Assembly: GCA_016864895.1 (NCBI GenBank) | Contig: CP046107.1 | Coordinates: 997,741-1,061,740 of the forward strand | Source of the DNA: Neisseriaceae bacterium | GTDB taxonomy: Bacteria; Pseudomonadota; Gammaproteobacteria; Burkholderiales; Neisseriaceae | Length of the DNA stretch: 64,000 bases | Reading direction: 5' to 3' | Part shown: piece by piece, positions 1 through 11,644 of the stretch | Position numbering within the stretch: position 1 is the stretch's first letter | Layout of the letters: each line of letters begins with the position of its first letter | Notes under the pieces: model-generated | What the model saw: only the letters and a program-made list of their open reading frames with translations | What the model was told of the DNA's origin: nothing | The model's database searches: none | Translations under genes and position numbers: made by a program

Positions 1-1
1 A

Positions 2-913
2 AATCAGCCTAATAGACAATTTATTGTTTCTGGGCAGACCAAAATGAATTTGGACAGAACTTCTGGTTTGCAATTGACGGGAAGTTTACAATTAGACAAA
101 GGTAAGTATGAAAATTTGGGTGATAGTATGCCTAAGTTATCAGATGATGTACATATTGTAGGAGGAAAAATACCAAATTTAAAACTGAATAATCTGATAC
201 CATTTATAGTAGATTTAGAACTTAACTTGAACAATCAATTAAGATTTATTTTGAGTGACTTGGATTTTTTAGTTGGTGGGAACCTTCGTTTAAGAGCACA
301 AAAGGGACAACCTTTAAAGATATTTGGAAAAATTTCTGCGGTAGAAGGTAAATATCGTGCTTACGGACAGAATTTGAGGGTAGAGAAAGGATCTTTAGTT
401 TTTACAGGAGATCCGGCGAATACGCAAATGAACGTTAGAGCTAGACGTTACCAATCCCCAGTAGGAGCTGGTGTTGACGTAACAGGCACTTTTCAAGATC
501 CGAGAATTACACTCATATCAGATGTTTTCATGAGTGATAGGGATAAATTATCTTGGTTGATTTTAGGTCGTGAATCCAAAGGAGAGAATGACAATGATGC
601 ACTTGCTCTAGCAGTCGGAGTATTGGCGGCTGAAAAAGTCAATAAAGAGGTTGGTTCAGTATTTGATAATATAGGATTAAGTTCTAGTCAGAAAAGAAAC
701 ACAAGTACAGGGGAATTAAATCCTGCAGAGCAGATGGTTACTTTTGGTAAACAACTAAATGAAAACTTATATATGAGCTATGAATTTGGTATTCAAAGTA
801 GTACACAAGCTGTGCGTTTGATCGATGTTATTAGTAAGTTTTTGAATGTTTTTGCTCGTGTCAGTACAGAGTCAGTTGGCGGTGGCATTACATATAAAAG
901 AAGATTTGATTAG
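2..913 (+). CDS. tamB: TamB (translocation and assembly module subunit B), C-terminal DUF490 part; 5' end lies left of the window
   Basis: Frame is open from nt 2 (no stop before the listed ATG at 44). The tail matches the TamB C-terminus by eye (GKYRAYGQNLRVEKGSLVFTG, LSWLILGRES, YMSYEFGI, GGGITYKRRFD). Confidence 0.8.
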   Translation, partial: NQPNRQFIVSGQTKMNLDRTSGLQLTGSLQLDKGKYENLGDSMPKLSDDVHIVGGKIPNLKLNNLIPFIVDLELNLNNQLRFILSDLDFLVGGNLRLRAQKGQPLKIFGKISAVEGKYRAYGQNLRVEKGSLVFTGDPANTQMNVRARRYQSPVGAGVDVTGTFQDPRITLISDVFMSDRDKLSWLILGRESKGENDNDALALAVGVLAAEKVNKEVGSVFDNIGLSSSQKRNTSTGELNPAEQMVTFGKQLNENLYMSYEFGIQSSTQAVRLIDVISKFLNVFARVSTESVGGGITYKRRFD

Positions 914-1002
914 CATATTTAAAAGTTTAGTTAGCTTATAAAGTAGCAAATTCGGTATAATAACGGCTCTTTCAACAAAAATATTTTTTATTAGGTAAAT
1001 AA

Positions 1003-3625
<2,623 letters not shown>

Positions 3626-3627
<2 letters not shown>

Positions 3628-3656
3628 AAAAATGTTCCATGTGGAACATTTTTTTA
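3626..3656 (+). terminator. Rho-independent terminator after leuS (A-run / hairpin / T-run, potentially bidirectional)
   Basis: AAAAAATGTTCCA-TG-TGGAACATTTTTTT starts at the leuS stop codon. 9-nt perfect inverted arms are followed by a T7 run. Confidence 0.6.
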
Positions 3657-3864
3657 TGGTTTTAAATTTTTGGGTAATTGATGAGAATATTTTGAATAAG
3701 TTCATCAATGCTCGCGGTGATCGTTGTGGTCTAGTTTTATCGCTCGCCGTAAGACCCCGTCCTTCATGGCGGGGATATAAGGCGTAACCACGAAGTGGTT
3801 ATTCCGTCTTTTAGTGTCTATGCTATCTTATTGACTATTCATAGTTCATTAGTATAATCAAGAC

Positions 3865-5091
3865 ATGCAAATCAAAAAAGCTTTTAAATTTGAGTTAATA
3901 CCTAATGGTGAACATATTCGCAAAATGAAGCAGTTTTGTGGTTGTTCTCGTTTTGTATTTAATCATGCTTTAGATTGTCAGAATAAGCAGTATGAGGCTG
4001 GTAACGGTTTCAAATTCTGCTACAGTAAAATATCGAGCTTACTACCTAAATGGAAAGATGAGTTCAAATGGCTTAAAGATTGCCATAGTCAAGTGTTACA
4101 ACAATCCTTAAAAGATCTAGAAGCCTCTTTTCGGAATTTCTTTGCCAAACGTTCTAGTTTTCCTAAGTTTAAGAAAAAGGGATTGAAAGAAAGCTTTAGA
4201 TTTCCCCAAGGTGTAAAACTAGAACAAGGTAACAACCGTTTGTATTTACCCAAAATAGGCTGGGTAAGATACCGTAATAGTCGTCATGTCATTGGTTCGA
4301 TTAACAACGTTACCATTAGTCACAAGTGTGGAAAGTGGTATGTTGCTATACAAACGGAATATGATGTTGAACCACCAATACCATTAGGTAATGAAGTGGG
4401 TATAGATATGGGGATTACCCGTTTTGCAACTTTAAGTAACGGTCAATACTTTGAGCCTATCAATAGTTTTAAAACGGCACAACGTCAGTTAGCTAAATTG
4501 CAATGTCAAATGAGCCATAAGAGGCCATTGAGTCACAACTGGAAAAAAGCAAAAAATAAAGTATCACGCTTACACTCGAGAATAGCCAATATTAGACGTC
4601 ATTACCTTCATCAACTCTCTGCTCAAATTAGCAAAAACCACGCCATTGTGTATGTAGAAGATTTGCAGGTTGGTCACATATCTAAGTCTGCAAAGGGGGA
4701 TACGACTCATCCTGGTAAAAGAGTAAAGCAAAAATCGGGATTAAATCGTTCTATGCTAGATCAATCATGGTATGAATTTAGAAGGCAACTGGACTATAAA
4801 CTGTTATGGCGAGGAGGTCATTTAGTAGCAGTGAATCCTAAGAATACCAGTCGTACTTGCCCACAATGCGGGCATATAAGTGCACAGAACCGTCAAACGC
4901 AATCAAACTTTGAATGTGTTGCATGTGGATATAAATTAAATGCAGATGAGGTTGGAGCGATAAATATATTAAGGGCAGGATGTGCCCGGTTAGCCTGTGA
5001 AGTGAATGATGCAGTAAGGTCATCAGCAACAGGAACCCACCGAAGTGAGTTAGCAATACTGCTAAACACCGTAGGAATCCCTGCCCTTTAG
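3865..5091 (+). CDS. tnpB: TnpB (OrfB) RNA-guided endonuclease of IS200/IS605 family
   Basis: 408 aa. RuvC-like motifs GIDMGI (D), VYVEDL (E) and NADEVGAINI (D). Zinc ribbon CPQCGH...CVACGY. Typical N-terminus MQIKKAFKFELIPN. Confidence 0.9.
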   Translation: MQIKKAFKFELIPNGEHIRKMKQFCGCSRFVFNHALDCQNKQYEAGNGFKFCYSKISSLLPKWKDEFKWLKDCHSQVLQQSLKDLEASFRNFFAKRSSFPKFKKKGLKESFRFPQGVKLEQGNNRLYLPKIGWVRYRNSRHVIGSINNVTISHKCGKWYVAIQTEYDVEPPIPLGNEVGIDMGITRFATLSNGQYFEPINSFKTAQRQLAKLQCQMSHKRPLSHNWKKAKNKVSRLHSRIANIRRHYLHQLSAQISKNHAIVYVEDLQVGHISKSAKGDTTHPGKRVKQKSGLNRSMLDQSWYEFRRQLDYKLLWRGGHLVAVNPKNTSRTCPQCGHISAQNRQTQSNFECVACGYKLNADEVGAINILRAGCARLACEVNDAVRSSATGTHRSELAILLNTVGIPAL

Positions 5092-5109
5092 GCCGGCGAG
5101 GACGTCAAT
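4950..5109 (+). ncRNA. Candidate omega-RNA (TnpB guide-RNA scaffold) overlapping the tnpB 3' end and right end; extent approximate
   Basis: In characterised TnpB elements the omega-RNA derives from the ORF 3' end plus the right end. This stretch is G+C-rich and ends in a hairpin-like CCTGCCCTTTAGGCCGGCGAGG. No covariance model was run. Confidence 0.3.
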
Positions 5110-5330
5110 AAAAAAGACTATGATCCTACAAGTATTTTTGAAAAAGATAAAATTATTTTTGGTATCAATGAAAATTTAAAGAAAAATTCAATTAAAAAAG
5201 AAAAATTTGATAAAACACATATTTTATTACTTGGAAAAAGTGATTCTGAAAAAGGGAAAACGATTTCAGCACTTGCACATGATACAACAAGCAAGTAATA
5301 AATAAATAATATTTCTCATTTATTATGCTC

Positions 5331-5714
5331 CTATAGCTTTCTGCCTAAATACTCCATAATTAAGTTAGTACCAATTTGAGGAATAGTTAATACAGCTAAA
5401 ATATATACACCAACTAAACTTCTCAACTTGGCAATCAAAACAAGGTATTTCAATCGACCGAAGGTAAGGAATGGTAGTACATCAACAACTTTTTCTGCTG
5501 TTTCTCTAACTTCATTATTTGACTGTGTTTCTACAAAGCCTTTTTTCATGATATTACCGCAATAAATTTTAAATTTAACTTCCACTAAAGAAGTTTCTTC
5601 TGACTCAATTTCTTTATATTCCTCGATTGTGGGTGTTTTGGGTAAAACAACAGCAGATATACGAATTTGAGCCGTATTTTCATTCATGAAATTAAAATCT
5701 TTAACTTGAGCCAT
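5331..5714 (-). CDS. Hypothetical protein with hydrophobic C-terminal segment
   Basis: 127-aa ORF not overlapped by another gene. No family recognised. C-terminal LVGVYILAVLTIPQIG looks transmembrane. Confidence 0.35.
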   Translation of the reverse strand: MAQVKDFNFMNENTAQIRISAVVLPKTPTIEEYKEIESEETSLVEVKFKIYCGNIMKKGFVETQSNNEVRETAEKVVDVLPFLTFGRLKYLVLIAKLRSLVGVYILAVLTIPQIGTNLIMEYLGRKL

Positions 5715-6348
5715 TAAACTGTATTTATCTTTACGACTAAACTTTTTTAAAAATTTTTTATAATTCTATTGGGGTTTATTGTGACCATTCGCTGGGGTTT
5801 ATCAATTCTATTATGGATTCTATTCAGTTAAATAGGATTGTTGATTGGTTATCTAGAGGGTAAAAAATAATAGTATTTTAATCTTTAATTTTGATACTTG
5901 AAATAAGTGTTATTCTGTCTGTATTAGTATAGTGCCATATCAATTTATACTTTTTATTGTGCGATATATGAGGAAGGTATACGTATTTTAAGAAGATACA
6001 GATTCCTAATCTCAACTTTTAAAAAGAAATCTTTTCTCACTTTAGTTAACACATTTTTGGAAACTGTATAATTGTATTTAGCTGTTTTTTTAATATTTTA
6101 TTCCAATTCGTTTGAAATAATAAAAATTGAACTACTAAATCAATGGGTCTAGATAATTTTATAGTTTGTCATTCACAGAGTTCATAATGTGTAAAATGGT
6201 TAAGAATTTAAATGTTTCACGTGAAACTTTTATAGTGAAATGTTAAATAGTTTTCAATAGGTAGAAAAGATACAAATAAGATTCTGATTGATTGTTTTTA
6301 TTTTTTAGTCGTAAAATAAATGCAATAAAAGAAGGATAGGAGAGATAT

Positions 6349-8466
6349 ATGAGTGCTAATAAGATACATAGTATTAGAAGTATTATTTTATTATTGTTTG
6401 CTTCTATTGTTGCTACAGGTATTATTACTTTTATTGCATTGGAAAGAAATGAGACTATAAACGCTTTATGGATTGTTATTTGTGCCCTCTGCATTTATTT
6501 TATTGGTTATCGTTATTACAGTCTATATATTGCCAAATATGCACTCCGATTGGATTCTACGCGTATGACCCCTGCTTTTCGGCATTGTGATGGTTTGGAT
6601 TATGTTCCTACTAATAAAGTAATTTTGTTTGGACATCATTTTGCAGCGATTGCAGGTGCGGGGCCTTTGGTAGGGCCGGTATTGGCAGTTCAGTTAGGTT
6701 ATTTTCCAGGAATGCTTTGGATTCTGGTTGGGGTTGTGTTGGCAGGTGCTGTTCAAGATTTTATGGTTTTATTCATGTCTATGCGGCATGATGGTAAGTC
6801 ATTAGGCGAGATAGTGAAAGATGAAATGGGTTATATTCCAGGTGTGATTAGTATGATTTTATTTCTGATGATCATGATTATTATTCTTGCCTCATTGGCT
6901 ATGATTGTTGTTAAAGCTGCAACCCATAGTCCCTGGGCGACTTTTACTTTGGCGTATACTATTCCTTTGGCATTACTGATGGGGATTTATCTAAGATATA
7001 TACGTCCTGGTAAGATTTTCGAAATTTCAATAGTAGGTTTTGTTTTATTAATTTTAGGTATTTTTTTGGGGGGCTGGGTCTCTCAGCAACCACATTTGAG
7101 TCATTATTTTGATTTGAGTGGTGAGACACTGACTTTCTGTTTAATTGGTTATGGCTTTTTAGCAGCGGTATTACCTGTTTGGCTATTATTGGCACCTAGA
7201 GATTATTTATCTACGTTTTTAAAGTTGGGAATGATATTTATTCTTGCTTTGGCTGTTATTGTCCTAATGCCTGATTTGAAAATGCCAGCAGTGACTAGGT
7301 TTGTTGATGGTACTGGTCCTATTTGGTCTGGACCTGCTTTCCCTTTTTTATTCATTACTATAGCATGTGGTTCTGTGTCTGGATTTCACGCTTTAATCTG
7401 TTCAGGCACAACTCCCAAGATGATTCCTAATGAGGTATTGGCACGACCTATTGGTTATGGTGCTATGATATTGGAGTCCGGAGTGGCTATTATTGCTTTA
7501 ATCTCCGCTTCTATTCTTGACCCAGGTATTTATTTTGTGATGAATAGTCCACAGAGTTTTCTCAATCCACAAGGTTTGGCAGATAATGTTTTTATTGCAT
7601 CTCAGACAATATCAAATTTGGGTTTCGTAATTACGCCAGAAACCATACAACAGATGACTAAAGATATTGGGGAAGAAAGTATTATTTCAAGAACTGGTGG
7701 TGCGCCAACCCTTGCTATAGGGATGGCACATTTATTGCACCATGGGATATCTAATCTCATCTCAATGCCCTTTTGGTATCATTTTGCTATTTTATTTGAA
7801 GCTTTATTTATTCTCACCACAGTCGATGCTGGTAGTCGTGCAGGTCGGTTTATGTTGCAAGATTTTTTAGGCCTTATTCATCCCAAGTTTAGGAAAACAG
7901 ATTATCTACCGGCTAATTTGTTAGCTACTGCAGTTATTGTATGTGCCTGGGGATATTTCTTATATCAAGGGGTGGTTGATCCCTTGGGTGGAATTAATAC
8001 TTTGTGGCCTTTATTTGGTATTGGAGGACAGATGTTAGTGGCTTTGGCTCTTACTTTGGGTACAGTTGTTTTATTCAAAATGAAACGTAATAGGTATGCT
8101 TGGATCACAGTATTGCCAACCATATGGTTATTAATTTGTACCATGAGAGCTGCTTATCTAAAAGTAGCTGATGATACCATTGGTTTTTTTGCTATTGCCA
8201 ATAAGATAAAGGAAAAATATATTAATCAACCTTTTGTTGCTGATGTAGTGTTTTCTACGCCAGAAGATGCTAAGTACGTTATTTTTAACAATCAAGTGGA
8301 TGGAATTATTATTATGTTTTTTATGATTGCCACAATTATTATAGTTTTATACGGCATCTATTCGATTTTACTATCTTTGAAATCAGATCAAGAGACCTCA
8401 ACCGAAGTGCCTTATGAGCCTTTGCCACAAGTAGAATTAGCTAGAATTAAAAAGGAGGGAATTTAA
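6349..8466 (+). CDS. cstA: Carbon starvation protein A (pyruvate/peptide transporter family)
   Basis: 705 aa polytopic membrane protein with the CstA signature FGHHFAAIAGAGPLVGPVLA. AGGAGAG-like RBS upstream. Confidence 0.92.
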   Translation: MSANKIHSIRSIILLLFASIVATGIITFIALERNETINALWIVICALCIYFIGYRYYSLYIAKYALRLDSTRMTPAFRHCDGLDYVPTNKVILFGHHFAAIAGAGPLVGPVLAVQLGYFPGMLWILVGVVLAGAVQDFMVLFMSMRHDGKSLGEIVKDEMGYIPGVISMILFLMIMIIILASLAMIVVKAATHSPWATFTLAYTIPLALLMGIYLRYIRPGKIFEISIVGFVLLILGIFLGGWVSQQPHLSHYFDLSGETLTFCLIGYGFLAAVLPVWLLLAPRDYLSTFLKLGMIFILALAVIVLMPDLKMPAVTRFVDGTGPIWSGPAFPFLFITIACGSVSGFHALICSGTTPKMIPNEVLARPIGYGAMILESGVAIIALISASILDPGIYFVMNSPQSFLNPQGLADNVFIASQTISNLGFVITPETIQQMTKDIGEESIISRTGGAPTLAIGMAHLLHHGISNLISMPFWYHFAILFEALFILTTVDAGSRAGRFMLQDFLGLIHPKFRKTDYLPANLLATAVIVCAWGYFLYQGVVDPLGGINTLWPLFGIGGQMLVALALTLGTVVLFKMKRNRYAWITVLPTIWLLICTMRAAYLKVADDTIGFFAIANKIKEKYINQPFVADVVFSTPEDAKYVIFNNQVDGIIIMFFMIATIIIVLYGIYSILLSLKSDQETSTEVPYEPLPQVELARIKKEGI

Positions 8467-8654
8467 TGTTAAAACAAAGATTGAAAGCCTTCAAGCAAAC
8501 ATTGTATCTAATGGTAGGTCAACCAGATTATGAACAATACTGCGCATTTATGAGGGATCGTCATCCTAACCGTGTATTAATGAGTTATGAGGAATTTTAT
8601 CATAACCGGTTGAATGCAAGATACAGCAGCAAAGGAGGCTCTCGATGTTGTTAG
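8466..8654 (+). CDS. YbdD/YjiX-family small protein (DUF466), cstA partner
   Basis: 62 aa. Its start overlaps the cstA stop (TAATG). MVGQPDYEQYCAFMRDRHP...MSYEEFY matches the YbdD family, and cstA-ybdD pairing is well known. Confidence 0.8.
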   Translation: MLKQRLKAFKQTLYLMVGQPDYEQYCAFMRDRHPNRVLMSYEEFYHNRLNARYSSKGGSRCC

Positions 8655-8685
8655 TCACTGTTAATTATTATAAACTCATGTTTAG

Positions 8686-10650
8686 TCATGAGCCAATCAC
8701 TCCTCCATCGTTTTTAGTGATAACAATTGTTGAGGAACGAGGTCGCCCTGTTATTTGAGCATCTGGCCATGATGAAACTGCTCTTGGTGTTTTAGGATCG
8801 GAGACCCCCCCCGCTTCTCCGGGGTGTTGAATGTTGACAAACATAGCCTTATTATCAGGGCTAAAAGTGATACCTGTTATCTCGCAGCCACAAGGCCCTG
8901 TCAGAAAACGTTTAAACTCTTTAGAGCCAGGAACGACAGCAAACATTTGGTTGTTTCCTAAACCTTCATAAGGTCCTGTATTTAATGTTGTGGTGGAAAC
9001 ATCTGTTTGTATCCACATCACCCCCCTATGATCAAATTTCAGCCCATCGGGGCTACCAAAGGAGACTGATTTAATATCTGTTGTCCAATTAAGATTTGAA
9101 CTATTTAATAAACCACCCATGGCAAAAATATCCCAGGTAAAAGATAAACTTTCAGGATTATTTTTATCTTCCTGCCAGTGTATAATATGACCAAATATAT
9201 TATTTTTTCTTGGGTTGGCTGCATCAACTCCGGCTTTACCATTTTCTCCTCTTGAAGAATTATTGGTTAATGTGCAGTACACACTACCTTTTATTTTAGG
9301 ATCAATGGCAATCCATTCTGGTCTATCCATTTTAGTTGCACCTACTTTATCAGCAGCCAATCTGGTTTTTATTAGTACTTCAGCTTGATCTTTAAAGCCA
9401 TTATCTGGTGTTAATGGATATTGACCAAAAACTAAAGGTATCCATTTGCCTGTATTATCTTCATTGAATTTAGCAACATATAAGACACCCTCCTCTAATA
9501 GTTTTAAATTAGCAGCTCTATCTTGTGGTTGATAACTATGTTTGGATATAAATTTATATATATATTCAAATTTCTCATCATCGCCAGTATAAACAACAAC
9601 TTTATTATTGTTTCCTATATCAACGGTAGCACATTCGTGTTTGATTCTACCTAATGATGTATGTTTTTTAGGGGTACTATTGGGGTTGTAAGGGTCTATT
9701 TCGACTACCCAACCAAAACGATGGGGTTCATTAGGTTCATTGGAAGTTTCAAATCGAGGATCTACTTCACTCCAGCGATAGAATTGTTCTCTTTGTTTGA
9801 TGCCATATCTTTTTTCTAGTTCAGTTAGTTTACCAGTTTTATTAGTAAACATATCACTCCAGTTTTCCTCACAGGTAAGATATGTCCCCCATGGTGTTTT
9901 ACCATTTGAACAGTTTTGCATTGTTCCTAATAAAATTCGACCGCTTTTATCTTGTTTGGTTTGCATTAAGCGATGTCCTGCCGCTGGTCCTGTTGCACTC
10001 ATCGGTGTTTGAGCAGTGATTCTACGTGCATACTGAGAAGGCCTTACAACTTCCCATTGTTGTTGTGAATTTTTCCTTATTTCTATAATAGAAACACCTA
10101 ATGCCTGTTGCGCTTTTCTGACCTTATTAAGTGACCAATTATTGTCACCATCAGGGAATAGAAGACCATTATCACAGTATTCGTGGTTAATAGCTAATAA
10201 GGCGTTAGAGTTAGATTGTGTATGCATTGGTAGGGAGAAATAGTCCATACCATCATGGTGCATACCTGCTTGTAACGCTTGTTCTCTGGCACTATTGGCT
10301 GCATTAAGTTTAAATTGTGGGCTTTTATCATGAATACCAACTGGATCTCCCCAGCTGTATAGAACTTTTGCAGTATAGCCCTTAGGTACTCTAACATTGT
10401 CTTGAGAGGAAGGTTGTATACTTTCAAACCCTAAAGCTTTAGGTCTATCAGAGGAATTAATAGTATCTATGGTTTTACTACTCAAAAAATTAGAAGTGAG
10501 TGTTGCTGTTGTTGTTACAATACCCATTTGTAAAAAACGTCGACGTGAGATACTATTCTGTATGATTTCTTGAATACTTAGATTATTACTATGGTTAAGA
10601 ACCATATCCTGATTCATATGTTTTAGACTTTTTTTGTTTTTTGTTGGCAT
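8686..10650 (-). CDS. phoX: PhoX-family alkaline phosphatase (DUF839), Tat-exported
   Basis: 654 aa. Twin-arginine signal SRRRFLQMGIVTTTATL. PhoX-like blocks MHHDGMDYF, INHEY, TPWGTYLTCEEN, DRPEWIA. Confidence 0.8.
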   Translation of the reverse strand: MPTKNKKSLKHMNQDMVLNHSNNLSIQEIIQNSISRRRFLQMGIVTTTATLTSNFLSSKTIDTINSSDRPKALGFESIQPSSQDNVRVPKGYTAKVLYSWGDPVGIHDKSPQFKLNAANSAREQALQAGMHHDGMDYFSLPMHTQSNSNALLAINHEYCDNGLLFPDGDNNWSLNKVRKAQQALGVSIIEIRKNSQQQWEVVRPSQYARRITAQTPMSATGPAAGHRLMQTKQDKSGRILLGTMQNCSNGKTPWGTYLTCEENWSDMFTNKTGKLTELEKRYGIKQREQFYRWSEVDPRFETSNEPNEPHRFGWVVEIDPYNPNSTPKKHTSLGRIKHECATVDIGNNNKVVVYTGDDEKFEYIYKFISKHSYQPQDRAANLKLLEEGVLYVAKFNEDNTGKWIPLVFGQYPLTPDNGFKDQAEVLIKTRLAADKVGATKMDRPEWIAIDPKIKGSVYCTLTNNSSRGENGKAGVDAANPRKNNIFGHIIHWQEDKNNPESLSFTWDIFAMGGLLNSSNLNWTTDIKSVSFGSPDGLKFDHRGVMWIQTDVSTTTLNTGPYEGLGNNQMFAVVPGSKEFKRFLTGPCGCEITGITFSPDNKAMFVNIQHPGEAGGVSDPKTPRAVSSWPDAQITGRPRSSTIVITKNDGGVIGS

Positions 10651-10694
10651 GGCTGTTCCTCTCTATATAGATGACCAAAAAATTATAGACATAT

Positions 10695-10718
10695 GTTATG
10701 TCATATGTATGACATAAC
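10695..10718. promoter_or_regulatory. Perfect 11-bp inverted repeat GTTATGTCATA-TG-TATGACATAAC upstream of phoX (candidate operator with Pho-box-like TGTCAT half sites)
   Basis: Located 45-68 nt upstream of the phoX start codon (10650, minus strand). A related TATGTCATATG recurs at 11496-11510. Confidence 0.3.
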
Positions 10719-11119
10719 TTTTAGGCTAGAACTCAATTCTTAGCTGTAGTTTCCTCATATATTATTTTTTTAATTTGTTGTAATATCTGTATTTAAAGAA
10801 TAGCTTATATCCTAATTGTGATCAAAACCATAATCTGTATAATTGATCTCAATCATCTTTTTCTAATCAATAGATTTTTAATAAGTATTCAATTACTAGT
10901 ATAAATGACGGTCAAAGGATAGGTAATATTATTAAAAATTGGCTTACTACGCCACGATGTCACTAGGTAAAAAATTTATATAGTAAAGATAGTTTCTATC
11001 GGGTTGAGAAAACAATAGCCATTTAAAATATGATGAATATTTTAAAAACTTATTTTTTCTGTTGTGGGAAAATTTTCAAAATAATCCTTTGGTTATTTAA
11101 GTAATAAAGGGATGTACAG

Positions 11120-11350
11120 ATGTATGGTTGTATTGTGTATCTTAGTTCTTTTTATGAGTTATTCCATATACATATATTACATAGTGTTTTAATTATCTTT
11201 ATTGTTATGCTTGTGATTTTAACCTATGGAAAAACGCTGGGTTGTAAATGGTATGAGACCATTAATGTTATTTCTTTGGTTATGTTTGCTACGTCACTGT
11301 TATTCATTTTTTTATTTCAACTGCTTTCAAGGTTTAGAATTTATAATTGA
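11120..11350 (+). CDS. Possible small membrane protein
   Basis: 76-aa hydrophobic ORF in a long AT-rich intergenic region. No homology recognised and no clear RBS. Confidence 0.2.
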   Translation: MYGCIVYLSSFYELFHIHILHSVLIIFIVMLVILTYGKTLGCKWYETINVISLVMFATSLLFIFLFQLLSRFRIYN

Positions 11351-11644
11351 ATATTGAACCAATTATAGACATAAATTTATTCAAAGCAAAAAGTAAATTG
11401 TTGATTATTTAAATTCCTAATAATTTATTTAAATATTGCTGAGCGTGATATTGATTAAATTAATTTTTCTTATTCTATTTTCTTACAGAGAAAAAGTATG
11501 TCATATGAATATAATTATTTATACAATGTTTCATGCTGTAGGCTACTCAAAGTTTAGTTTTTTAGGTAGTATAAAAAAAATAACTTATGGAAGAACAAAG
11601 GGTTGACAAAAATTTTAGGACGATTATCAATTAAGAGGGTTAAT

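Larger units (their letters stand above)
3710..5109 (+). mobile_element. IS200/IS605-family element carrying only tnpB (IS1341-like); no tnpA
   Basis: A G+C-rich block sits in AT-rich flanks. TCAAT lies just outside the left edge (3705-3709) and forms the last 5 nt of the right end (5105-5109). Left-end hairpins at 3746-3784 and 3785-3801. The right end reads GGAATCCCTGCCCTTTAGGCCGGCGAGGACGTCAAT. Boundaries are inferred, not proven. Confidence 0.6.

Noticed and set aside
5092-5298. 68-codon open frame immediately 3' of the TnpB element, in the same frame as tnpB (DVNKKDYDPTSIFEKDKIIFGINENLKKNSIKKEKFDKTHILLLGKSDSEKGKTISALAHDTTSK-stop). It looked like the tail of a gene split by the IS, perhaps lptE, which is expected after leuS.
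   Set aside because: It has no ATG, GTG or TTG start. The sequence left of the IS (3657-3709) has stops in all frames, so there is no matching 5' half. No family similarity is recognisable. At most it is an old gene relic.
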